Position numbers and translations under genes: made by a program
The notes under the pieces: generated by a model
Databases searched by the model: none
What the model saw: only the letters and a program-made list of their open reading frames with translations
What the model was told of the DNA's origin: nothing
In this document: piece after piece, positions 38,483-47,877 of the stretch
Layout: each line of letters starts with the position of its first letter
Position numbering within the stretch: position 1 is the first letter of the stretch
Assembly (NCBI GenBank): GCA_964524845.1
Contig: CAZGFX010000001.1
Location: 75,823 to 139,822, forward strand
From: an uncultured Gammaproteobacteria bacterium
GTDB taxonomy: Bacteria; Patescibacteriota; Patescibacteriia; CAZGFX01
Reading direction: 5' to 3'
DNA length: 64,000 nucleotides

Positions 38483-38916
38483 GGGGGTGTTATATATTCG
38501 ACACCAATACTTTTACAGCGTTGCAAGCAAGTACGTTTTTGCCTTTCGTTAAAAAACGGCAGCACTTTTAAGTGCAAGACGAAATTCTAAAACACTTGTT
38601 GCTGCGATGAAAGAGCGTCTTAATGTAGCTTTGGCTGCATTACGAAATGCTTTCTCCAGTGCAGTGTTTGCTCCTGTAGCTGCCTAATCGCACCTACACA
38701 TCCGCGTTTGTGATCTCTGATAGCAAACATCGGGTGTCAAAATATCAGAGTCGTGCAAAGTATTTCGTGTTTACTTTGTTACGATAATTTTAACACGAAA
38801 ACCTTCTGGTGTTTTTGTAAGTTTTCGATCCAGAAGAAATTTAAAAACTTGCTACACTTGTAGAATGCTTCGCTGGGGTTTGATGGACAGGGGCGTAATT
38901 CCCCTCACCTCCACCA
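38483..38916 (+). ncRNA. ssrA: transfer-messenger RNA (tmRNA, ssrA)
   Basis: The 5' GGGGGTGTTATATATTCGACACC pairs with the 3' CACCTCC-A-CCA acceptor (G3-U pair). T-arm AGGGG-CGTAATT-CCCCT. An internal tag frame ends ...AVFAPVAA-TAA at 38685-38687. Directly downstream of smpB. Confidence 0.8.
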
Positions 38917-38953
38917 TTGTTATAGAAATTTAATAGTCTAGAAAAACAAACGT

Positions 38954-39517
38954 ATTCGAAAGAACAACAGCTTCTTCCACAAAAAAGAACCGGAGGCGCG
39001 TATCAACGAAGCGATCCGTGCGCGCGAAGTGCGCGTTATTGATGTGGAAGGAACAATGCTCGGCGTCATGCCAATCAATGAAGCGCTTGATCGTTCTTTA
39101 GCGGAAGAGTGCGACCTCATTGAGGTTGCCCCAAACGCAAATCCTCCAGTGTGTAAAATCATGGATTACGGTAAATATAAATACGAAGAGGATAAAAAGA
39201 AAAAGAAACAGAAAGCACAAACCAAGAAAGTCGACCTCAAAATAGTCCGTTTTTCATTAATAATTGGGGAACACGATCTCGAAATCAAGGCCCGATCAGC
39301 GCATAAGTTTCTAGTCGCCGGACATAAGGTGCGTCTCGAACTCGCTCTGTTTGGACGCCAGAAACAACATACGGCACTTGTCGAACCGTTGTTTAAAAAA
39401 TTTATGAACAAGCTCGATATCATAAATAATTCGGAGAAAGAGAAGGTTAGTTTTTCAATCGAGCAACCATTCGAACGCCAAGCGTTCAGATTTAGCATGT
39501 TACTCAGAACCAAGTAA
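38954..39517 (+). CDS. infC: translation initiation factor IF-3 (probable AUU start)
   Basis: PPVCKIMDYGKYKYE and the rest match IF-3. The frame is open upstream of the track GTG back to an in-frame ATT at 38954 (IRKNN...EARINEAIRAREVRVIDVEG). AUU starts are the rule for infC. Confidence 0.75.
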   Translation: MRKNNSFFHKKEPEARINEAIRAREVRVIDVEGTMLGVMPINEALDRSLAEECDLIEVAPNANPPVCKIMDYGKYKYEEDKKKKKQKAQTKKVDLKIVRFSLIIGEHDLEIKARSAHKFLVAGHKVRLELALFGRQKQHTALVEPLFKKFMNKLDIINNSEKEKVSFSIEQPFERQAFRFSMLLRTK

Positions 39518-39531
39518 GTTATTAAATGATT

Positions 39532-39744
39532 ATGCCAAAATTAAAAACAAGTAAGGCTGTTGCGAAACGTCTACGAATCACCCGAACCGGCAAAATTATA
39601 AAACGTTCGGCTGGACAAGACCATTTTAATGCAAATGAAGGCGGCAAGAAAAAACGCAACAAACGATCGGATCGCATTGTAAGTGCGACCCAAAAAAGAA
39701 ACATCGCCGCATGTGTGCCATATTCTGCACACAAGATTATCTAA
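39532..39744 (+). CDS. rpmI: 50S ribosomal protein L35
   Basis: MPKLKTSKAVAKRLRITRTGK. Start taken at the second Met of the track ORF. Confidence 0.85.
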   Translation: MPKLKTSKAVAKRLRITRTGKIIKRSAGQDHFNANEGGKKKRNKRSDRIVSATQKRNIAACVPYSAHKII

Positions 39745-39770
39745 TAGTAATGAATTTTAATTGATATTGT

Positions 39771-40118
39771 ATGCCAAGAGTTAAAAGAGGCGTGATGCAC
39801 GCTAAGCGCCGAAAAAATTTACAAAAGCGCACCAAGGGATACTTGAGTACTCGCAAAAGCACGATAAAGATGGGACATCAGGCTATTTTAAAAGCGGGTA
39901 AAAATGCGTATGTTGGACGAAAGCTCAAAAAACGCACTTCGCGCTCATTGTTTACAGTACGACTAAATGCTGCTGTTCGTGAACACGGTATGACGTATAG
40001 TGTATTTATTAATGCACTCAAAAAGAAAAACATCATCCTAGACAGAAAAGTTCTATCACAAATGGCTGCCAATCACCCAGATGCGTTTGGCAAACTCGTC
40101 GCATACGTAAAAGCATAA
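39771..40118 (+). CDS. rplT: 50S ribosomal protein L20
   Basis: MPRVKRGVMHAKRRKNLQKRTKGY... Confidence 0.9.
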   Translation: MPRVKRGVMHAKRRKNLQKRTKGYLSTRKSTIKMGHQAILKAGKNAYVGRKLKKRTSRSLFTVRLNAAVREHGMTYSVFINALKKKNIILDRKVLSQMAANHPDAFGKLVAYVKA

Positions 40119-40142
40119 TCAATAATAGAGATAATTAAAAAA

Positions 40143-40172
40143 AACCGTCCTGTGTTGCGAGACGGTTTTTTT
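40143..40172 (+). terminator. rho-independent terminator after the infC-rpmI-rplT operon
   Basis: CCGTCctgtgttgcgaGACGG followed by TTTTTTT. Confidence 0.6.
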
Positions 40173-40200
40173 GATAACAAAAATTTAATTAATTGAATTA

Positions 40201-40764
40201 TTAGTGATAAGTTGATGATATAATTAAATTTTTAACCAACGATACCGGAATATTCGATTTTAAAACTATTTGAAATGTTGGAATAAATTCATCTTTTTCG
40301 TTCGTTTTAAAAACGCTTTTTCTGTCTTTTTTAAAAGATACATCATCGTTTGTTGTAATAATACCTTCAATATCGACAATATATTCGTTTAATCCAAGAG
40401 AATTAGAGATATATGTGGCAATTTTTATATAATCCGTATGTAATTTCCAAGCAACGTCTAGATTTCTTACAAATAAAAAGACTTGATTTTTAACGTCGGA
40501 AATCACCAAAACAATTCCACAGTCTTCATTCCACGGAATAAAACCGATTCGATTTACCCAGTCAGATTCTTTTGTAATATAAAGGTTGAAATCTGAATCG
40601 TCTCTGTGTATTGCCGAATAAACAAAAGTTCTTTTCAAGAAACCGAAAGGAATGTTTTGCATAAAGATTTTATGCGACCCGGAATCTGTTATTACGCCTA
40701 TCTGAAAAATAGCGCACAACTCTTTCCCAGGACGAATTTGTAACGTACTCGCAGTAAAACTCAT
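40201..40764 (-). CDS. hypothetical protein
   Basis: 187-aa ORF with no recognisable motif. Confidence 0.4.
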   Translation of the reverse strand: MSFTASTLQIRPGKELCAIFQIGVITDSGSHKIFMQNIPFGFLKRTFVYSAIHRDDSDFNLYITKESDWVNRIGFIPWNEDCGIVLVISDVKNQVFLFVRNLDVAWKLHTDYIKIATYISNSLGLNEYIVDIEGIITTNDDVSFKKDRKSVFKTNEKDEFIPTFQIVLKSNIPVSLVKNLIISSTYH

Positions 40765-40879
40765 TATACGATCCCCCTTTCTGTCAAAAGTTATTTATTA
40801 AATTATTTGATTGTTTTTTTATTTTATATCACGAAATAAAAAACTTTGCAAGTTTTTTCAATAAACAAAGTGATTTGTT

Positions 40880-43279
40880 TTATATAACAATATTTATAAC
40901 CTTATTTGGAACAACAATCATCTTCTTATACTCTTTGCAGTACTCTGATAAATCCTTATTGTTTTTCAATATAACCAACGCGGATTTCTCGTCTATCACG
41001 GTATCATTTGGAATGATTATCTCCATCTTCTTTTTTCCGTTTATAGAAACAACCACATGTACATCTTCGTGTACAAAAGATTCCATGGCCGGCCATGTTT
41101 CGTTAACAATTAAACCAGTCTCTCCACATACTTGCCACAACTCCTCAGCAATATGAGGAATAAAAGTGGCTATGAGAAGCAGTGCTGTACGACGATCTTT
41201 TTCAGTATATCCTTTATCTTTAAGGGCGTTGATATATATCATTAATGATGAAACAGCCGTATTGAATTTAAATTGAGAAATATCTTCTGTAACTTTTTGT
41301 ATTGTTTTGTTACGAATGACTTCATGAATTTTCTCGTCTTTAGTAATCAAATCTTTCTGGTATATAAAAAGGTTCCATATTTTTTCTACAAACCTTACGG
41401 ATCCATTAATACCCTTCGGATCCCACGGACCTCCGATATCATATTGCGCCATAAAACAAAGATGAAGACGCACAACATCGGTTCCATATTCCGCAATCAA
41501 TGCATCTGGATCAACCACATTTCCTTTGGATTTAGACATCTTCTGTCCGTCCGGACCAAGTATAATTCCTTGGTTTTTCAATGATGGAAAAGGTTCGCTA
41601 AAATTAATATATCCGGCATCACGTAAAAATTTAGTAAAAAATCTCGCATAAATAAGATGCATAGTAACATGCTCTATGCCACCAACATACATATCAACCG
41701 GAAGCCATTTTTTTAAAGATTCTATTGAAGCAAACTTTTCTGTATTTTTAGGGTCAGCATATCTGAGAAAGTACCAAGATGAACACATAAACGTATCCAT
41801 GGTATCGGTTTCGCGAAGCGCTTGACCTCCACAAGAAGGACACTTGGTATGATAAAATTTCTCATCATATTTCAATGGCGATTCGCCAGTTGGTTTGATT
41901 TGATCTGTATCAGGAAGAAGCACAGGAAGCTGATCGTCTGGAACAGCGACAGAACCACATTTCTCACAGTTAATAATGGGAATAGGGGCTCCCCAATATC
42001 GTTGTCTAGAAATACTCCAATCCTTAAGACGGAAAAAAATGGTTTTTTTTCCAAGTTCTTTTTCTGTTAAAAATAAGGAGATTGCATCACGCGCCTCCGC
42101 AGAAGACATGTTTGTAAATCCATCTGAATGAACTAATACACCATCATCACATACTGCTCTCGCACCATCATACTGATTATTTGTACACGCAATTACCTGC
42201 TTGATGTTTAAATTATATTTTTTCGCAAATTCAAAATCACGATCATCATGCGCTGGCACTGCCATCACGGCTCCCATACCATAATGCATTAAAACATAAT
42301 CTGCTATATATATGGGAAGTTTTTCTCCTGTTACGGGATGTGATGCGTATGATCCTGTAAAAACACCAGTCTTGTTTTTTGCTCCTTGTTCTCTCTCAAG
42401 CGATGTTTTGCTTTTGGCCTCTTTTATATATTCACGAACCTTTGATGAATTTTCTTCTGTTGTAAGAATATTAACGAGATGATGTTCTGGCGCCAAAACA
42501 AGATATGTAACGCCCATAAGCGTATCGACACGCGTCGTAAAAACTATTATTTTTTCACTAATTTCTTCTAATGGAAAATGCACTTCTGTTCCTTCTGATC
42601 TGCCTATCCAGTTTTTTTGTGTAATTTTTGCTCTATCAGACCAGTTCATTGATTCTAAATTATTATATAGTTCCTCCGCATAATCAGTAATACGAAGAAA
42701 CCACTGATCAATGTCTTTCTGAACAACCTCGGTCTCACATCTCTCGCAAGCGCCACCAACTACCTGCTCATTAGCAAGAACTGTCTGACACGACGGACAC
42801 CAGTTTGCGCTTTGTTTCCTCTTATATGCCAGTCCTTTTTTAAACATCTGAGCAAACATCCATTGTGTCCACTTATAATACTCAGGCGAGCTCGTTATTA
42901 TCTCACGTGAAAAATCAAACATTGTTCCTATCTTCTTGAGTTGTTCTCTCATCTTTTCTATATTTCCGTCTGTCCACGTCCTAGGAGAAACACCGTGTTT
43001 AATTGCAGCATTCTCGGCAGGAAGACCGAAAGCGTCGAATCCTATTGGAAAGAGAACATTGTCCCCACTCATACGACAAAAACGAGCATATACATCTGTT
43101 GGAGCAAAGTTATACCAATGACCAATATGAAGATTTCCTGACGGATATGGAAACATGACCAAAATATAGTTTTTTGGTTTTTTAGAAGCTTCGTCTGTTT
43201 TATAAACACCTTCTTTTTCCCAGGCATCCCTCCACTTCTGTTCTATTGATTTTATATCTGTTATAGAATCCATATGCAT
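40880..43279 (-). CDS. leuS: leucyl-tRNA synthetase
   Basis: HIGH (PSGNLHIGHWYNF), KMSKS and a CP1 editing domain. 799 aa. Confidence 0.9.
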   Translation of the reverse strand: MHMDSITDIKSIEQKWRDAWEKEGVYKTDEASKKPKNYILVMFPYPSGNLHIGHWYNFAPTDVYARFCRMSGDNVLFPIGFDAFGLPAENAAIKHGVSPRTWTDGNIEKMREQLKKIGTMFDFSREIITSSPEYYKWTQWMFAQMFKKGLAYKRKQSANWCPSCQTVLANEQVVGGACERCETEVVQKDIDQWFLRITDYAEELYNNLESMNWSDRAKITQKNWIGRSEGTEVHFPLEEISEKIIVFTTRVDTLMGVTYLVLAPEHHLVNILTTEENSSKVREYIKEAKSKTSLEREQGAKNKTGVFTGSYASHPVTGEKLPIYIADYVLMHYGMGAVMAVPAHDDRDFEFAKKYNLNIKQVIACTNNQYDGARAVCDDGVLVHSDGFTNMSSAEARDAISLFLTEKELGKKTIFFRLKDWSISRQRYWGAPIPIINCEKCGSVAVPDDQLPVLLPDTDQIKPTGESPLKYDEKFYHTKCPSCGGQALRETDTMDTFMCSSWYFLRYADPKNTEKFASIESLKKWLPVDMYVGGIEHVTMHLIYARFFTKFLRDAGYINFSEPFPSLKNQGIILGPDGQKMSKSKGNVVDPDALIAEYGTDVVRLHLCFMAQYDIGGPWDPKGINGSVRFVEKIWNLFIYQKDLITKDEKIHEVIRNKTIQKVTEDISQFKFNTAVSSLMIYINALKDKGYTEKDRRTALLLIATFIPHIAEELWQVCGETGLIVNETWPAMESFVHEDVHVVVSINGKKKMEIIIPNDTVIDEKSALVILKNNKDLSEYCKEYKKMIVVPNKVINIVI

Positions 43280-43352
43280 TTTTTACTATGTGTATATAGT
43301 AACAATTTCGGCTTTTATTAGCAATATTTAATATCTTTTGTTTTTTGAAAAT

Positions 43353-43387
43353 AAAAAGGCCCCGTAAATAAACGGGGTCCTTATTTG
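43353..43387 (-). terminator. rho-independent terminator
   Basis: GGCCCCGT-aaataa-ACGGGG(t)CC hairpin flanked by an A-tract and a T-tract. Confidence 0.5.
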
Positions 43388-43400
43388 ATACTGATAGATT

Positions 43401-43520
43401 AAAGATTGAGCAGGGCCAACATTGCCCCAAAATTTGCTTTTTCTTTTTCAATTTGTTCCTGTGTTTTCGCAGGCAATCTTTTAAATACTAAGAATAAAAT
43501 TTCCAATAATTTTTTCATTT
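43401..43520 (-). CDS. small hypothetical ORF (39 aa) with strong SD; not in the ORF track
   Basis: AAAAAGGAGAAAAAATG. Peptide MKKLLEILFLVFKRLPAKTQEQIEKEKANFGAMLALLNL. Confidence 0.3.
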
Positions 43521-43606
43521 TTTCTCCTTTTTTTGCGAGTTTTTTAAGTTGTTTTAATTATTTTTTCTATTTGTTAATTACATTATAGCCCATCAGAATG
43601 GAAAAA

Positions 43607-44515
43607 TCAAGTTTTTGGGATAAGAAGTTCTTTTTTTATAAATTTAAACAATGGAATAAGTTTGTTTGGTTCAATGTTTAATTCAATAGCCCTATCCAAA
43701 AACTCTTTTATAACGAAGTTTAAATTAACTCTTCCGAAAGATCCTGACTTGTCTCTTCTGTCTATCTCTCCTCGAAAAAGAGATCCGTCAAGCAAATCCA
43801 TCAAAGATGACACTTGCCATAAAACACGCGCATTATCAGTAATATCATTCTTGAACAAACTATATAGATGAGGAGATTTTCCATTTATATAGTGATGGGT
43901 TTTCATGACGAATAAAAAACGTTCGTCAAGTTTCAGTGCATTACACAAGAACACACCATCAATCACATGTCGTCTGATACCACTTCTTTGATATAATTTT
44001 ACTTTAGAAAAATATCTTTCTGTCCAAAAAACCTTCCCTATATCATGAATTAAGCAGTTTTGGATAATAGTATCCGACAACATGTCGGTATAACGACCAA
44101 GAAACTCACTTCGCATCGCCATATCAACAAAATAAGCTAATCTTAAAACATGATTATAAGTTTTTTCTGGAGATCTGACTTTTAGTAATACTAGTAGTGC
44201 TGATATTTTTTCTGAGTCGGACACAATTGAGTATTTTTCGAAAAACGTGACTATGTGCGATGTTAAAAGACGCACAAAAAGCCGATGAGAAATAATCTTT
44301 ATACATCTCATCACAATGTTTGAGAAGAAGAATTTCATCTCCCCTTCTAATAAGTCGCGTAAATCATAATCGAGTCTTTTCAGTAAATGTTTTATTCTAA
44401 CTCGTTTAAACTCACCTAAGTGATACGACATTTTTACGCGATCAATTTCTTTTTCAAAAATCTCTTTTTTTATTTCTTCGCACAATGTTTTCAAACCATC
44501 TTCATGATTTTTCAT
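43607..44515 (-). CDS. HD-domain phosphohydrolase family protein
   Basis: H...HD pattern (NHVLRLAYFVD ... CLIHDIGK). Confidence 0.5.
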   Translation of the reverse strand: MKNHEDGLKTLCEEIKKEIFEKEIDRVKMSYHLGEFKRVRIKHLLKRLDYDLRDLLEGEMKFFFSNIVMRCIKIISHRLFVRLLTSHIVTFFEKYSIVSDSEKISALLVLLKVRSPEKTYNHVLRLAYFVDMAMRSEFLGRYTDMLSDTIIQNCLIHDIGKVFWTERYFSKVKLYQRSGIRRHVIDGVFLCNALKLDERFLFVMKTHHYINGKSPHLYSLFKNDITDNARVLWQVSSLMDLLDGSLFRGEIDRRDKSGSFGRVNLNFVIKEFLDRAIELNIEPNKLIPLFKFIKKELLIPKT

Positions 44516-44692
44516 GTATAAACCCTTTTTTTGTTTTTTTGATTGTTTTTATTATGTAATTATAGCATAATTGTATATTTTAATCAAGCGTTCTATTTTA
44601 TGTGATATTAGCCATAAAAAATGTTTTTGTGCACATGTTAAGTACTTGAAAAAAAGCCTTTGTTCCGCTAGAATTATACCGTTCTTTAATAT

Positions 44693-44769
44693 GGTCCGGT
44701 AGTTCAGTTGGTTAGAATGCTTCCCTGTCACGGAAGAGGTCGCGGGTTCGAGTCCCGTCCGGACCGCCA
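44693..44769 (+). tRNA. tRNA-Asp (anticodon GTC)
   Basis: Acceptor GGTCCGG/CCGGACC. Anticodon loop cTGTCAc. T-arm GCGGG-TTCGAGT-CCCGT. CCA encoded. Confidence 0.85.
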
Positions 44770-44877
44770 TACTACCCCTGAAACAAGTTCAGGGTTCGTA
44801 TGGCAGGCCATACTAAAATACTGTTTCGCAGTGCTTCGTGTGGCATTCAAGATTTTTAATATCAAAAAACAGAACGC

Positions 44878-45690
44878 TTAGTCCTGTTTTTTTTGTTGGG
44901 GAAATTTTTTCATATACCACAGCCCAATAATAGATGCTATTAATATTATAATACTCGTTATAATTGGACTCCTGATACCGAATACTGTACTTGTCGGATC
45001 AATACGAAAAAATTCAAGACATATGCGTATTATGGAATATCCTGCAATATATGTTAAAAAAACATATCCGTAACGTACTCGCTCAGAAAAAAGCATCTTG
45101 ATCAATATAAAAAACAAAACGAAATCAAGAAGCGATTCATATAAAAAAACAGGATGAAACAGCGCCTTCGTAATATATTGCGGAATTCGGTGAGAAAGAT
45201 CAATTGATATTGCCCACGGCATATCTGTTGGTTTCCCGAAAAGTTCTTGATTGAAAAAATTTCCCCATCTTCCAATGGCCTGTCCGAGTGCTACTGCTGG
45301 TACCGTACAATCGAGAATTTTAAATAATGAGATTTTCTTTTTGTGTGCAAACCAAATTAGTGCAGCACATCCGAAAAGAATCGCACCATGAATCGCAAGT
45401 CCTCCTCCGCGTATATTTATAACATGATAAATGCTTTGTAAATAATATGACGGATCAACTACAAGCACCTCGTATATGCGCGCGCCGATGATGCCTATAA
45501 TAATCGTATAGAGCGCCGCATCATCAGCGAGACGCGCTGAAATAGAGCATCGGCGCGCGCATGCAGAGAAACATAAGTACGCTACACTGATGGCAATAAC
45601 CATTATAATTCCATACCAATACACTGGAAATACACCCAAGTTAAAAGCTATTTGATTCGGAATTATAGATTGCCACCAATTAAGATCCAT
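44878..45690 (-). CDS. lgt: prolipoprotein diacylglyceryl transferase
   Basis: Lgt signature GRWGNFFNQELFGKPTDMPWAI and multiple TM segments. Confidence 0.85.
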   Translation of the reverse strand: MDLNWWQSIIPNQIAFNLGVFPVYWYGIIMVIAISVAYLCFSACARRCSISARLADDAALYTIIIGIIGARIYEVLVVDPSYYLQSIYHVINIRGGGLAIHGAILFGCAALIWFAHKKKISLFKILDCTVPAVALGQAIGRWGNFFNQELFGKPTDMPWAISIDLSHRIPQYITKALFHPVFLYESLLDFVLFFILIKMLFSERVRYGYVFLTYIAGYSIIRICLEFFRIDPTSTVFGIRSPIITSIIILIASIIGLWYMKKFPQQKKQD

Positions 45691-45707
45691 ATATTCGTAT
45701 AATGTTT

Positions 45708-46283
45708 TTATTGTGAAGCAACTGGACCAAGCTTAGCGCGAATTGCATCCTCAAGTTCTTCTTGCCAATACACCTTCCCATCAAGAACAAAAGACGGGGT
45801 TCCTTCCAATCCTAATGACACAGCTTCCTTAAGATCATCCCGAACCGTTTTATAATGAATCTTTTTATCAAAACAAATAGAGAAGTTTGTAATATCAAGT
45901 CCGGTTTCCTGTGCATATGAGAGTAGGTCGGTTTTTAGAAGTTTTTGTTGATTTGTAAACAACAGTTTGTGATACTCCCAAAATTTTCCTTGATCATTTG
46001 CACACAATGCAGCAGCCGCGGCATCAGAAGCATATTTATGTATCGGGAGCGGAAAATTTCTAAATTCAACCCGAACATTTGGGTATTTTTTAACAATATT
46101 TTCAACTTTTCCAACAGCCATTGCGCATGCTGGACATTCAAAATCTGTAAACTCCTGTATAACAATTGTAGCGTCAGTACTACCTTTAAACGGTCGAGGA
46201 CCGGACGTCAGTGTATACGCCGGTCCTCCGCATGCCGTTAAAAGAATACTTGCCGCAAGAATTGCGCCAATATATTTCTTCAT
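45708..46283 (-). CDS. DsbA-family thiol:disulfide oxidoreductase, lipoprotein (CPAC active site)
   Basis: Lipobox LLTAC|GG. Thioredoxin-fold FTDFECPACAMA. Confidence 0.7.
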   Translation of the reverse strand: MKKYIGAILAASILLTACGGPAYTLTSGPRPFKGSTDATIVIQEFTDFECPACAMAVGKVENIVKKYPNVRVEFRNFPLPIHKYASDAAAAALCANDQGKFWEYHKLLFTNQQKLLKTDLLSYAQETGLDITNFSICFDKKIHYKTVRDDLKEAVSLGLEGTPSFVLDGKVYWQEELEDAIRAKLGPVASQ

Positions 46284-46293
46284 AAATTACTCC

Positions 46294-47103
46294 TTATTTT
46301 TTATTGAGTATTTCCTCAACTGACGCAAGCGGATACGCTCCGGCTATCACCTCTTTATAGTTTACAAAAGACATTGGTGTTCCTGATACTCCTGCGTTTG
46401 CTCCATCTGTTGCTTGTTCTTGTACCTTCTTTAATGTGTCTTTATCCGCAATACAAGAAGCGAATTTGTCTTTGTTGATTTTGAGATCGGTAGCGACCTG
46501 AGCATAAAAATCCTTGCCCAATTTCGATTGATCAGCATACGCCTTATCAAGAAATGACCAGAACGCATCATTTCCTCCAAGAGAAGCAATACACTCTGCG
46601 GCAACCGCTGCATTCTCAGCCTCAGGATGAATTGATGTCAAAGGAAAATGACGATATATAACCTTCACATCTTTGTTTTTTTCAATCAACTCCTTCGTTG
46701 TTGCATGAAAACGAGCACAAAAAGGACACTGAATATCAGAATAAGTAACAATCACAGTCTTGCCGTTTTTGTTTCCTGTAACATGATCATTTTTTGAAAC
46801 CTTTGCTATTTTCGAACCGTCCGGCTCAGGAGGTTGTTGAGCATTGTTTTGTCCGTTTGCATTTCCAGAATCATCAATAACGACTTTTCCATTATCAGAT
46901 GATCCGCTTCGAATTGTTGCGCCCGTAGCAAGCACAATGATCAAAGCTACGGTACACAAAACAAGTATTCCTACAATAAGTCCGGCGAAAAAAGCTTGTT
47001 TACCGGAAAATGCATTTAAAAAACATTTTTTTTCACCACAACAAGTGGTATTTTCATGATTTTGGTGTTCCATATCTAAATATAATTTATTACTAATAAA
47101 CAA
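46294..47103 (-). CDS. DsbA-family thiol:disulfide oxidoreductase, membrane-anchored (CPFC active site)
   Basis: N-terminal TM helix. SDIQCPFCARFH. Confidence 0.7.
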   Translation of the reverse strand: MFISNKLYLDMEHQNHENTTCCGEKKCFLNAFSGKQAFFAGLIVGILVLCTVALIIVLATGATIRSGSSDNGKVVIDDSGNANGQNNAQQPPEPDGSKIAKVSKNDHVTGNKNGKTVIVTYSDIQCPFCARFHATTKELIEKNKDVKVIYRHFPLTSIHPEAENAAVAAECIASLGGNDAFWSFLDKAYADQSKLGKDFYAQVATDLKINKDKFASCIADKDTLKKVQEQATDGANAGVSGTPMSFVNYKEVIAGAYPLASVEEILNKK

Positions 47104-47166
47104 AAAGATTATAGCATAAAAATACTATAATCCCAACGATATATACACACAAAAAGAACCCTTAAA

Positions 47167-47877
47167 TTAGCCACGATGAAGAGCTTTTATACTACACGAG
47201 CACACAAGCGGCAAGCCTCTTTTTTTTGTTTCTTTAATTATATTTTCATTGTACGATCCAGGATTGAAATAAATAACCTCTGGTTTTTTATCTTCAATAT
47301 CATCAAGTATTGTTCTGACAACTCCTGGTGGAAGATAGATACTTATCATATTAAGATGAACTGGAATTTCATTTATAGATCTGTATACCTTTAGTCCACA
47401 CACCGAATCTCCATGAACATTCACTGGATAAACATCATAACCGGCATTAATATATTCTTCGACTGCTTTATGACTATAAACATATTCTTTTGAACTAGCG
47501 CCAAGAATCGCTATTGTTTTTCTGTTTGTATTATTATCAACATCACAAGATGCGTTAGCACACCATCTATTAAAAGCGGTATGAAAAGAAGCAATGTCTT
47601 TTGTTGAAACAACAATATTATTAAGAGTAACGAACGGTAGACGCGTATTTCCATGAGATATCCACGCCCATATTGCACGAAAACCAGATATAGATTCAAT
47701 TATTGCACACCATGCTTTGGGACACGACGAAAGCAACGACTCAACTTCTGCCTTCAATATTGAGTAGCGCGACGACCGTTTTGTAAGCGTGTAAATTCGA
47801 ATTGTAAGCATTGTGTTTTTTACTTGGAAAATAATTTTATTTTGTATTTTTGTTTTCAGCTGTATTATTTTCGTCAA
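47167..47877 (-). CDS. CoA-binding domain protein (YccU-like). The N-terminal ~120 aa of the track ORF are of doubtful authenticity
   Basis: The C-terminal half (KTIAILGASSKEYVYSHKAVEEYINAGYDVYPVNVHGDSVCGLKVYRSINEIP...EVIYFNPGSYNE) matches the CoA_binding_2 family. The true start may be internal or non-ATG. Confidence 0.5.
   Translation of the reverse strand: MTKIIQLKTKIQNKIIFQVKNTMLTIRIYTLTKRSSRYSILKAEVESLLSSCPKAWCAIIESISGFRAIWAWISHGNTRLPFVTLNNIVVSTKDIASFHTAFNRWCANASCDVDNNTNRKTIAILGASSKEYVYSHKAVEEYINAGYDVYPVNVHGDSVCGLKVYRSINEIPVHLNMISIYLPPGVVRTILDDIEDKKPEVIYFNPGSYNENIIKETKKRGLPLVCSCSIKALHRG

Noticed and set aside
43200-43451. 83-aa minus-strand ORF
   Set aside because: It overlaps the leuS start and the intergenic terminator. 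The shorter SD-preceded 39-aa ORF (43401..43520) in another frame is more plausible.
44552-44770. 72-aa minus-strand ORF
   Set aside because: It overlaps tRNA-Asp. It is a translation of the tRNA antisense and the flanking hairpin.
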